A program made the translations under genes and the position numbers. This document shows, in pieces, positions 1-11,405 of a DNA stretch of 64,000 nucleotides. Each line of letters starts with the position of its first letter. Within the stretch, counting starts at the first letter, position 1. The stretch lies in contig CM126224.1 in the NCBI GenBank assembly GCA_052327205.1, forward strand, positions 25,606,001 through 25,670,000, in the 5' to 3' direction. Source of the stretch: Somniosus microcephalus (lineage: Eukaryota). The notes under the pieces are model-generated. The model made no database searches, was not told the DNA's origin, and saw only the letters and a program-made list of their open reading frames with translations.

Positions 1-885
1 ATTAGCTTGCACCTGTAGTGTTTAAAGCGACTTCTATACTCCTGATAGAATAACAGCAGCTCGTGCAATAGCCTCTGTATATTTGTGCCATTCCCTATTT
101 TCTATGCTATATTTTATTTTGAGTATTAACTTTGTGCATAGGGGTGGAAAAGTTAACAAGTTCCTCATTCTGCCAGCAGCTTGTCTCTTTGTACCACCAG
201 CCACAGCATTCTAAGTTTGTCTTCTGGCTGAAGTGTGTCTCATCTGTCAGCATGTTTCTATAAAGCTCATGTGTTCTGGTTGCCTGCTGTACTCGCAAGC
301 CAAAAGATTGTAAATATTTATTAGTCTTCAAAATAAGATGCTAGCTAACCATTAAATATGGGTCTGGTCTATTTTGGAAGTGTTTTGTTCATAGTTAAAT
401 AGATATTTAAAAACTCTTGTGTGCTCTGCTGAACATTGTGCTTTCTTAATGCTTAATAGCAGTCAGGTATTCTTGCATTTCAAATCTGTGAACCATGATG
501 CAGTTTGCTTAGACAAGAGTGGGAATAACGCCAAGGGATATGTTGGCAAAAAAACTAGTTGCATGGTGGGTTTTCTCTTGTTTTCTGCCAAAGTCTGTGC
601 TCTGCTTACAAACACTAATGCGAGGCTAATACGTTAACATGTAAGCTATTGCAATGTTAGATTTATTTATTTGAAGTTTTTCTTTTTTAAAACAAATTAG
701 TTTGTTTTATATTTAAAAACAAACCCCTTTCTGGGATTTGTTTTGCTGCACAGTGCACTCTCTCTCGCCCAATCAGACTTTCCTTCCTCAGCGGGAGGTT
801 ACTGCAGCCAGACCTAGACCACTGCAGTTACTTGACCATTGTCAATTTGACTTTTTCTTACATGCTTGCTATTTCTTCACTGCAG

Positions 886-1062
886 TGAAAATGTGGATGT
901 CTACTGCCTTCATATTGCTGAGGACGATGGAGAAGTCGATGGAGATTTTCCACCATTAGATTCCAATGAGCCTATTCACAAGTTCGGCTTCAGTACGCTG
1001 GCACTAGTTGAGAAGTACTCACCGCCTGGGCTGGCAACAAAACAGTCTCTCTTTGTTCGGAT
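886..1062 (+). CDS. MAPKAP1: MAPKAP1/SIN1 internal coding exon (177 nt, phase 2-2); end of CRIM and linker to RBD
   Basis: Acceptor ttcttcactgcag| and donor |gtaagt. Translates (N)[58 protein letters not shown](I), nearly identical to vertebrate SIN1 [44 protein letters not shown]. Confidence 0.97.
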
Positions 1063-2150
1063 GTAAGTTTTAAAAAAATTAACCTTTTATTTCAACTTGG
1101 GCACGTCTTTCATTTTGTCCTACTGTATTTTGTTAAGAGCACATTGCAGAATGCAAATCCATTTGAATAGCTTTGTTAAATTTTCATTACGCATTTTAAG
1201 TTCTGTGTTTAACCAGTCAACTGATGTTCTACCATGTGTGAAATTTTGTTTTTAGAAATAGCAGCTAATATAGAACATCCTTTTTCTTAGCTGTGCAGAA
1301 CCTTGTGCAAATTTCCCAACTTGATCAAAATAAGCACATGTAAAAACAGCAATGCAACATGCATTATATTTTTTAAGCAGTTTAATCTGGGGGTGACATT
1401 CATGCGAGACTGATCTCGGTTTTATTTTGCTTTTAATTATAATTACTTAGGTTTCCTTTGCAGTGTTTATTTTGTACCATTCTTGCTGTTTCCTGAGATA
1501 TTGGAGAATTCTCTTAAGGATCTCTGCAGTTCATGTTTAACGGTCAGCAGCCAACTGTGCAAATATCTGTGGCCATGGTTTCTTAAAGATTTTAAAATGA
1601 TCCTTCTGATTTTACTCTCCGATTACAAACTCAAAACTAAGATCAACATTTGCTGTGATGGATTTTAGTTGTCCATATTGTTGGGTCATGCTTTTATATA
1701 ATTACCAAGTATTCACGTCAGTTTTAATTCAACATAAGGTCTTTGGAATACATTGGTTAGAACTACAACATTGATGTTGCCAATAGAAGTGTAGTTTTTG
1801 ATTACATATGTAAGTTAAATAAAGTAAGAGTAACAGACAATCGGAAAATAACTGTTGTATAATTAGCTGTTATAAATTTGTATTTAGGATTGAACAGAAT
1901 GTATTCTAGATGGTATTAGCTTAGTTTTGTTAGTACTGCTGCTGTTTTTTCCCCCTACCTATGTGACATTCTGTGATTGAAAAATCTGAAACAAATATAA
2001 CTCAATACAAATATTAGCAGATTTGTACAATTGTCAGTAACTAACAAAGATAACCTCAACTATAACCAGAACTTTGACATACTGACCCTATTCTAATGGG
2101 CTGGTGATGAGATTAATACTGCTTGTTGCGTCGTAGTATAGATTTCTTTA

Positions 2151-2782
2151 AACAACAACTTGTATTTATATAGCGCCTTTAATGTAGTAAAACATCCCAC
2201 AGGACTGTTAAAAGACAAAAAAAATTGACACCGAGCCATATAAGGAGAAATTAGGGCAGGTGACCAAAAGCTTGGTCAAAGAGTTAGGTTTTAAGGAGCG
2301 TCTTAAAGGAGGAAAGAGAGGTGGAGAGGTTTAGGGAGGGAATTCCAGAGCTTAGGGCCTCGGCAACAGAAGGCACGGCCACCAATGGTTGAGCGATTAT
2401 AATCAGGGATGCTCAAGGGCAGAATTAGAGCAGCGCAGATATGTGGGGGGGTGGGGTGGGGGTGTTGTGGGGCTGGAGGAGATTACAGAAATGGGGAGGG
2501 GCGAGGCCATGGAGGGATTTGAAAACAAGGGTGAGAATTTTGAAATCGAGGTGTTGCTTAACTGGGAGCCAATGTAGGTCAGCGAGCACAGGGGTAATGG
2601 GTGAACGGGACTTGGTGCGAGTTAGGACACGGGCAGCCGGGTTCTGGATGACCTCAAGTTTACGTCGGGTAGAACGTGGGAGGCCAGCCAGGAGTGCGTT
2701 GGCATAGTCAAGTCTAGAGGTAACCAAGGCATGGATGAGGGTTTCAGCAGCGGATGAACTGAGGCAAGGGCGGAGACGGGCG
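2151..2782 (-). mobile_element. L2 LINE, 5'-truncated 3' end
   Basis: The minus ORF contains LIHALVTSRLDYANALLAGLP...IQNPAARVLTRTKSRSPITPVLADLHWLPV...FKILTLVFKSLHGLAP (L2 ORF2 C-terminus). The tail (GTT)n is seen as acaacaacttgtatttatatagcgcc. Confidence 0.93.
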
Positions 2783-2835
2783 TCATTGGCTTTCAGCTGT
2801 AAGCACAGAGTCATCATATAAATCAACGTGTTGAT

Positions 2836-2912
2836 TTTGAAACGTTGACTCTATTTCTCTCTCCACGGATGTTGCCTGGCCTGCTGAGTTTTTCCAGCAT
2901 TTTCTGTTATTA
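2836..2912 (+). mobile_element. Penelope-like element terminal (pLTR) fragment
   Basis: gaaacgttgactctatttctctctccacggatgttgcctggcctgctgagtttttccagcattttctg matches the pLTR end at 56399-56470. Confidence 0.7.
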
Positions 2913-5900
2913 TAAATCAACATTGTTATGCAAAGTAGAATCCTTTGAGAGCAGGAGAGCTATTTGTACCCATGTGTAACTTTTATCTGCATTTTTTAGT
3001 GATGGAGATAAAGAGCACTTTTAGGGCACTCAAAACCTGGAAAACATGCGTAGCACAAAAACTTGGGAAAGTTACTTTTTGAAGCTTCAACAAACTTTAA
3101 ACTGCTTTTACTAATGTGCCGATGTAACCTAGAAGACTAGATAAATCCCAGTGCAACATTAACAATGTTGAAAATACCAGTTGTAAGTTTGTTTGCAGCC
3201 AAATTATGTGTAAACAGGGAGGTGCTTTCGGGTGACTGTATTTGCTCAACGAGTTATTTACTTAATACCCTTGGGATGAACACAAAATATTTTGACGCTG
3301 CAGTACTTTTTTTGCTTCATAATTTTTATTGGTCATCTTTCCTTACTTTGAGAAATTAGATACTGCAGCTGTAAAGTCTTTCTACGAGCCAAAGTGCTTT
3401 GTTAATGCCTTGTACTGTGCACCGGTATTTGATCTGGCTGTGTGCCAGCTGCAGATCTTGCCCTTTACATTTTTAGAGCATTACAATAGTTTGTTATTCT
3501 AAATCCAGATTGTTGTTCCAGTCAGAAATCTTACATATGGACTTAACATAGATTTAGTATAAGTAAAACTGACACGGTTTCCTTTTTGGCAGGAGATTCT
3601 GTCTGGAAAAAGATTTTTTCCCCCCAGATTTTTACATTTCTGGAAATTTGCAGAATGACGTGCAGACGCATGTGTACAATACTCTGAAATGACAAATAGG
3701 ACTAGTCTAGTCTTTTTCATGTTTAATTTGAAATGAAGACTGCAAAAATAAAGAGGAGGGAACCAGTAACTTAAGGTCGTGGAAAAAACCCTGTGTCTGG
3801 AAATGTGAAAACAACGCTTTCGATCATGTTGAAGCAGTGAGGTCAAAAATGTTAGAACAGTGCTTAACCCATGATAGGATAAGCAGCACCGCCATCCCCT
3901 AACCAAAAAAAAGTGAAAGTAACAATCGCTTTCATACTTTCCTGACAAAGTTAGGTTGCAGTACTGTACTGTAAATTAAATCTCCCAAAATGGTGTCCGT
4001 GTTGTACTGACAATATTTGTGTGCATACAAATCTCAGGACTTGAAAGGATGTGAAGATCATGTCAGTTTTCTAAAGATGAACTTCCAGTTATTGAAACTG
4101 AGTTCACATGCTCCCCCCACCTCTCTCGTTTTTAAAGTCTGCATGTTCCTTATTTATGCTATAGTTAAATATGTATAACAGAGACCTGTTGGATACAGTT
4201 TTTAAAGTTATGTATGACAAGAATAAGGTTCACAAGCTGCATATGTATCCAATTCAGTTAGACTTTTTTTCACCATTGTTCGTAAAGAAAATACGAACAA
4301 TCAAACTCATTTGGATGTGGTTCCTCCTGACTTTCAGCATTGTAGTTCCAGGAGAGCTGACAGATATTGCCTCATCTGCAGTTTGATACTATCTAGGGAA
4401 GATGGGCAAGAGGGAAGCGACTGCCAGTGAAACTGCCATCAAGGACTGGTCTTTAAAGGGAGATGTGCGGGCGGGGTGGGGGCAAATGATATTAATGATC
4501 GTCAGATTCTTGGGAAAGCCTTCTGATGAGGCACAACAGGAGAGAGTTATTGCTGGATGTGCACTCCAGGAATTGACGGGTCTCCTTTTGTGTTATTAAT
4601 ATTTTAGAGTTTTAAAACCTGTAATTTAGTTTGATGCACTAGTGTGTGTGTGTGTCGATTTCTCCTCCTCTGCAGGCAAAGAAAAGAGAATGTAAGCACT
4701 AATTTGCGCATGCATCTACCTTTAGAGGATATTCGGTTGGTGGATAGGTTCATTCTGAAGAAATAGATCAAATACATGACATTTGTCTTGCATCATACTA
4801 ATCCTGTTAATTTCCACCCCCCCCCCCCCGTACAAAAGTCCTGTTATAATATTATATAATATCCACAATATTAATTAGTTTTCTGTTGCACCCTTCCAGA
4901 TTTTAACACTGTGATTACAAAGTGTTAAATAACTTTAAAATCAAATTTGCTCAGTCCTCTAAACTACGTGGTCAGTAGTGTATTAATAAGTTGTACAGGT
5001 AGCTACCTATTTGGCTAATGTGAGTTTCGGGACAGCTATTCTGGAGCCAGGCATTTATTTAAAACATTAGGGCCTAGGATATACAGACATCAATTGATAT
5101 TGCGTCATCTATATACAATGCTGATTAAAATGCAAAGGGTAATTAGAATTAGCATAGAGTTTATAGAGGACATTAAATTCCTAATGTGTCAAATATTTAC
5201 AAATCTAGAATTTATAAATTTCATGAAACAAAATGCTTTAGATCTTTGTCAACCAGCAGTTATATGTTGTTCAGCTGAAGGATGCAGGTTCCATTTTTTA
5301 TTACATTTCTCCCAAATTGTTCTTTGTGGTTTCAGTGCCTTTTTGCATCATTCTATTTTCCTCAGCAACTGATTTCAAATAAACCTAGCTCAATTATATT
5401 TGTTTCTCCCAATGGAATCGATTATATCTTGCACCTAAACTGCCAGATCTCTGTGCACCATTTTATTTCAAGTTGGTGGAATGAGGAATAAAAATGAGGC
5501 GACAGAGTTGGCTACTTTTAAGAATACAAGTAGGAAAAGCAGGATTAACTGAAACAACGTAAACATTCGAGTCAGTCTGTTTCTGGGATACCATTTCAGT
5601 AGGAAGTATTTCAACAGAAGCCGTTGGGGAACATGTCAAGAGTTAAATTTGTGCCAATGAAAACTATTACCCACTTCAGTTTGTAAGCAAAGCTCAGAGG
5701 TTGTCAGCAGAAGTAGTTCTTGGTGTGTGTTTGATGCTGAGCTTAATGTGGTTGTCTGTGCAAGATGTTGGTTATCATGACTGGTAAATAATTGAGTTTG
5801 AATAGGGAGAGAGCCCTCATTATCCTCCACCTGTGCCCAGCTGGAGGGGAGGGTTGAGATAAAGCCATTAACTGTCTTTTACTGGCACCACAAAGAGCTC

Positions 5901-6607
5901 AAATACATCTGTGTCTTATTTTCTTTTCTGGCACAATCAGTCGAGCAAGCTAAGCAGGCATGACCAAATTTGGCAAGTTCTGTGGACTTTGGCAAAGTCA
6001 TGCAGCAGTGTTTTTAAGGAACAGTCTGAGGCCAGTTACTTTGGCTCCTGTATGCCATCATTAGTGTATTGAATGCTTTGTTTAAAACCAGTCCATTTTG
6101 CAAAGGGAAGTGGTTTGAATAAAGTATAGATTTTCCTGGTGAAATGTGTTTTAACAATTTTTTTTCTTTCATCTTACTATTTAAAAAGGCCTGTTATAAC
6201 CACATTTTCCACAGTGATTGCAATGCTGACTGGAAGTGAAATTGATTCTTCAATATATTCCTAGGAGCACAAGCAGAGTTAGCATAGAAAGAAATAGACA
6301 ATTGCTGTCATTACATTATATTCTGTTAACTTAAAACGGATCACTTTTTAAATACGAATAGAATGCACATTTATACTTTTGGCCAAAAGTAACATGTTTG
6401 GTTTTTGATATGCATGTGTAGAACATTGAAAATATAATTGGTATTGGACAGAGCAAGAATATATGGCCCATGTTTGTTCCAGTGAATAGTTTATATCACA
6501 TAAATTATCCCAGTAATTTCTGAAGGAATAAAAAGATCTGAATTTAGTTTGTCTGTATTCTTGATTATAAGCTTTATCTAATGTGTGTGAAAAGAAACTT
6601 CATTTAG

Positions 6608-6622
6608 TGATTGATGGCTGTC
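6608..6622 (+). promoter_or_regulatory. PBX-HOX site with adjacent partial MEIS motif
   Basis: TGATTGATGG immediately followed by CTGTC, in a repeat-free stretch. Confidence 0.4.
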
Positions 6623-6724
6623 TTATGAAGCTGATTAGTGATGCAATAAATCTGTAAACTAATACATACTCTTGAATAACATCTGACAAGTCTCTAAATC
6701 CAAAATCAAAACAGAAAGTTCTGA

Positions 6725-6870
6725 AGAGTAAAGGCTGGAAATGCACAACAGGTTAGTCAGCATTTGAAGAGAAATGTAGGTTAATTGTTCTGATGAAAGG
6801 TCATATCCAAAATATTAATTTAGCTTTCTCTTCCCAATGCTGGGAACCTGTTGCGCATTTTCAGCATTAA
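6725..6870. mobile_element. Degenerate short foldback Penelope-derived element
   Basis: gctggaaatgcacaacaggtt ... aacctgttgcgcattttcagc forms an imperfect inverted repeat around a decayed hammerhead core (ttctgatgaaaggtcatatccaaaa). Confidence 0.55.
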
Positions 6871-7581
6871 AAAAAAAATTCTTTTATCATCTTTGTTGTA
6901 GCTTAAATTAATGGTGTGGTTCCTAATATCATTACTGTGATGATGAACTTGCCGCATTCGTTTGACTTCTGTGAATTATCATTTCTGATTTTCAAATAAC
7001 TTAATGGCTAGCAGCAGGTGTGAGATGTTTCAGCATTCACTGGAAGGCAAGCGTAAGGTTTTACCACGAGTAAGTCACTCCGAGAACAGCTCACTAATGA
7101 ATGAGCATTCCAAGAATGGTTTTAGTTCATGTGACTATCCTCTTGGGAAGGGTGTAGGCAGGTTGTCTTTAGGGTTGAGATGGCTGCAAGATTGGAACTG
7201 AATTAACTCTTTGTGGCAGACTCAATAATCCAATCTAATACCTTCACCAGGCAGATCCTCAATACTCTAGGATGATTGACCAGCCAGCTTAGCTTATTAA
7301 TGTGACCTGGAGGGTAGGCATGTTACTGGGGGGCTGGGATTTTTCCCCACTCGTTTCAAGATTACTGCAAGCTAATGCACTAATGGGTATGGTGGTTCTC
7401 CCTGGAAAAACAGCAGAAAGCTTACCAATGTTCTGCATGGTTTTAACTGGTTATTACTGCAAACAGTTGGGGATTCCTAAGCCTTGATTCTTGCCAACTT
7501 GAACCTGGTTAAGTTGCCAGTCCTGTGAGTAAAGTACTCTTTGTTGAACATACAAAAATTATACCTCGGTAGATTTCTCTT

Positions 7582-8262
7582 GGGTCAGAATTTGCACTCT
7601 GTTATTTATGGGTAAACGGTACAGCAACTTCAGGCGAGGAGCAGATGCGCAGTTAAATGTGAATATCCAAAAGTTGCTGTCCGAGTTGCGCCACTCCTCG
7701 GTGAGCTTTGCGAAAATAGCATCTCGTCCTTGGCCTCCCCGTTTTTTTTCAAAACCTTGCTGTATTAGCCCATTAATTGCCCATTAAACTTGCCCAGAAA
7801 ATTAAGTCTCGTCCTTACAAGCGCAAGTACCCTTTTAACAATGTTGTATGTGTTAATTACTGCCAATCAACCTCTCTGGCACTGAAAATTAAGTATTACA
7901 AGTGGGGAGTCTCATTCCTTCAGGTTTTGAATTTTTCAGGGAAATTTTAAAAGTGTCATTTTTAATGTTAAAAATGTTTTATTCTTTTCCCTTTTTCTCT
8001 CCAAGTCTTTCTTTCCCCCTCTTTCTCTTTCTGTACCTGATTTGACATTGTATTCACCCTCTTCATTCCTTCCTGTGTTTATTTCTCAATCTTAAATCTT
8101 ATTGGTTACGGAGATACCCTGTTTACGCAGGTCCCAGATACCCTATTTCCCTCGCTGTACCGTTATCAGCTCGCACTTTCACCAGCTTTTTTGGGCAAAA
8201 ATTTTGAGCTGCAGGGTGCATGGGGCAACTCTAACGGCAGATGCTAAAGCAATTTCTGGCCC
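7582..8262. mobile_element. Non-autonomous DNA transposon (MITE), GGGCC-TIR family
   Basis: TIRs gggtcagaatttgc / gcaatttctggccc; flanks ctt/att; interior resembles 47390-48162. Confidence 0.7.
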
Positions 8263-8439
8263 ATTATTTTATTTTGGAGATTCTAGAGCATGGCGATGGA
8301 TTTCCATGCATGTCAGATACCCATTAAAATTTGTTTCAATGAAAGACCATCATAATTGCCATGCATTAGCTATCGGCTTTGCTCAGTTGATAACGCACTT
8401 TACCCTGGGTCAGAAAATTGTATTTTGACCCCCAGATCG

Positions 8440-8770
8440 GAGGTTAAGGCAATAATCTAGGATAACAATGCACTGTAGTTCTGAGGGAAAGGGACATTGC
8501 TGAAGGGACATTAAACTAAAGTTTTGCCTGCCTGTTTGTGCTTTAGGTGGATGTTAAAGATCCCATGGCACTATTCAAAGAAGAGCATGGTAATTCTGTT
8601 ACCCTGGCCAACATTCCTCCTTCAACCAATGCCACCAAATAAGAATTAACTGGTCAATTTTCCTGGTGCAGAAGACATTGCAGCTATCACTGCAATTTAA
8701 AAAGTAATTGGTCCTAATGAAGCACTCTGATGTTTTAATGTTAATAAGTGCTTTATAAGTACAATTATTA
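8440..8770 (+). mobile_element. DeuSINE (SacSINE1/AmnSINE-like), decayed
   Basis: Deu-domain motif aggtggatgttaaagatcccatggcactattcaaagaagagc...ctggccaacattcctcc. Confidence 0.75.
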
Positions 8771-9245
8771 TTCTAGTTCACTAAGTGGTCAGATAGCCTC
8801 TAAACAATGGGAGCTATTTTAACTTGGTGAAAGAGAAAGTAAAAGGACACCGGCAGCACTCGGGAGTGATTAACTCAATCTTTGATTGCTGTATGCACAT
8901 TTATAGCACGTCAGGCAATGTGGGCCAAAGATACTGACCAATCACTATCTTTAAATACACAATCTTCAATCACATTGTAGCAATGCCACTCCTGAGACCG
9001 CTTCGAATCCATTAGGGAATAGTCGATGTGCAATTACTTGTCATGGATCTGAGAATAGCCAGTTCCAGAAGGGGAAGCATGCTTCCAGAATACCTCTAAT
9101 ATTTCATTGTTTTTCTAATTTACCCATTCCACGAGCCGCTTCTTCACCTGTGTCACTCATCATTCACGAGGACACAATAACTTGCCATGAAGAGGAATGC
9201 AAAAATGGCTAGAAGTGACTCAGCATCTGTAGAGAGAGAAACCGA

Positions 9246-9280
9246 GTTAACGTTTCAGGTCGATGACCCTTCATCAGAAC
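9246..9280 (-). ncRNA. Minimal type I hammerhead ribozyme in a Penelope pLTR fragment (about 9215-9280)
   Basis: Reverse complement gtt-CTGATGA-a-gggtc(atc)gacct-GAAA-cgtt-aac has intact core boxes, stem II and a palindromic stem III. Confidence 0.75.
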
Positions 9281-9561
9281 AAGGGTAACTGATAAAGTAA
9301 CGTTACTTGTATTTGCTGCTTCACCCAACTGTCTCGACCGGTGTCAGGAACTTGACATACATGTAATCCTAGCTGCCAAACTGTATTACCACACTAACTT
9401 TAATAACCGCTTAAGTATCTAAGTATGTTGGTTTAAGATATTTTCTGCATAAAACCAGATTTCATGTTTGCATAACCTACGTGTTTATAAGGCAGCAAGG
9501 TCCCACAAACAACAATAAGATAAATGATAAGTAAGTGGGTACTTGAGGTGAAAGTTTTATA

Positions 9562-9908
9562 GCACGGTGGCATAGTGGTTAGCACTGTTGCCTCACAGCG
9601 CCAGTGACCCGGGTTCAAATCCGGCCTCGGGCGACTGTCTGTGTGGAGTTTGCACATTCTCCCCGTGTTTGCGTGGGTTTCCTCCGGGTGCTCCGGTTTC
9701 CTCCCACAGTCCAAAGATGTGCGGGTTAGGTTGATTGGCTATGATAAATTGACCCTTAGTGTTAGGGGGATTAAATACGTGGGGTTACGGGGATAGGGTG
9801 GGATATGTGTTGGTGTAGGGGTTACGGGGATCGGGTGGGATATGTGTCGGTGCAGGCTTGATGGGCCGAAATGGCCTCTATCTGCACTGTGGGGTTTCTG
9901 TGATTCTG
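9562..9908 (+). mobile_element. tRNA-derived V-SINE (HE1-type elasmobranch SINE)
   Basis: A box tggcatagtgg, B box ggttcaaatcc, V domain tgtgtggagtttgcacattctccccgtg...cctccgggtgctccggtttcctcccacagtccaaagatgtgc, and CR1-derived tail gatgggccgaaatggcct. Internal 37-bp tandem duplication at 9781-9854. Confidence 0.93.
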
Positions 9909-11069
9909 CTGAGCTTCAAAGTTCCATTCGGTCGCACTTCTGCTTCGACCTAGAGTTCACTTCCAAATGGTAAATGATTCAAAGTGGTAACTATAGCTTC
10001 AAAGATTGCGTTCCATGATGCTAAACAAGCTTCATTACATCTGTGGTAAACCAAAAATGGGATTTAATTTTACAAAAAGGTTCCAGTTTGCAATAATTTT
10101 AAGAAAACAAATAAAAGTAGGTATTTGAAGTTTATAGTTTGACTGGAAATTACATAATTTACAGTTAATTTGGACAGAATGGTAGCATTATATTTTCTAT
10201 TTTTTTAATGGTGACAGCATAATATCTTTCATGGAGGCTTATTATAATCGTAACTTTTCTGTTGCATTTTGTGGCAATTTCCTTGTATGTTATTTTCATT
10301 TTCCTCCAATAAACCCTGCCACCCTGGATCTGCTGCTGAAGCTGTAGAGGAAGATGGAGAGCACAGTTACCTCAGAATGATCACTATCATTAACATTCAC
10401 GGGTGGTTCACTTATCATTTCTGACTGCAGAGACATGGCAGCCTTTATGAAACGTCTGCAGGTGTAGCAAGATGATACATATAACATTGTGCCACAATGG
10501 ATTTATGTATTCGGTTACAAAAGAAAAGTCTAATGAAAAAATACAGAAGGTAATTCTTTATTCCTGCACCACACAATTTGTCAGTAATGTCCTTAGAAGA
10601 TAAGCGCTTTTTTTCCCCTATTTTAGCCCTGTCACCTGGATGTTTTTAACTGGGACCACATCTTTTGGCGTGGGATTTACTGGTGTGCCCAGGCTGTTTT
10701 CAAAGATCAGAAAAACACACACACATCTAATGAAGCTGAGAATTATTTTCAGGAATTAAAAATGTAATGACTGGGTGGACAGGACTGGTATTGCACAGAA
10801 GGCCCACGTGGTGCTACTTCCCAGACAAGGGCCCACATCCGCATCTGGAACAATGTGAATAGTAAGCTTTTATTGTCATGGCCACTTCTGTCCCACATAA
10901 CTGGTCTTTTTATCACCCACACAAGAAAGTAAGTAATGTAAGCCTGTGAAGATAAATCATTCATTAAATGTTCAAGCCAGCTGTTAAAAATGTTGCTTAC
11001 TGTAGCCAAGTCACTGATGAGGAATATTTCTGCTCCTGAGGTCTGTTACATCGAGCCACTGATAGAGAT

Positions 11070-11195
11070 CCCTGTTTCAATGGTTTCGGTGGAATTAAAA
11101 GATCTAATGGCACTATTCAAAGAAAAGCAGGAAGTTCTCCTGGTGTACTAATCAACATTCTTCCTCAACCAAAAACAGATTATTCATCTCACTTG
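11070..11195 (+). mobile_element. DeuSINE fragment
   Basis: aaaagatctaatggcactattcaaagaaaagcaggaagttctcctggtg, homologous to 8550-8620. Confidence 0.65.
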
Positions 11196-11405
11196 CCCCT
11201 CCGTATCTTTCTAATCTCCCCGAGCCCTACAACAACACCCCCCCCCCCCCCCCCCCCCCGAGATATCTGCGCTCCTCTAATTCTGGCCTCTTGAGCATCC
11301 CTGATTTTAATCATTGGTGGCTGTGCCTTCAGCTGCCAAGGCCCTGAGCTCTGGAATTCCCTGCCTAAACCTCTCCACCTCTCTTTCCTCCTTTTTAAGA
11401 TGCTA
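11196..11405 (+). mobile_element. L2 3' fragment with poly(C) tract
   Basis: agatatctgcgctcctctaattctggcctcttgagcatccctgattttaatc is the reverse complement of the L2 at 2340-2450. Confidence 0.85.

Noticed and set aside
866-1066. ORF-track 66-aa protein as a stand-alone gene
   Set aside because: It is an internal MAPKAP1 exon bounded by AG/GT; the listed start and stop are intronic. The same applies to 62346-62615.
3499-3948. 149-aa minus-strand ORF
   Set aside because: No recognisable motif, composition typical of AT-rich intron translation, and no splice context.
9562-9635. tRNA gene (A and B boxes)
   Set aside because: It is followed directly by a V-SINE body and tail, so it is a SINE head.
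11237-11259. Poly(C)/poly(G) tracts as functional G-quadruplexes (also about 4817, 21932 and 46711)
   Set aside because: They are simple homopolymer expansions, several inside repeats, with no further support.
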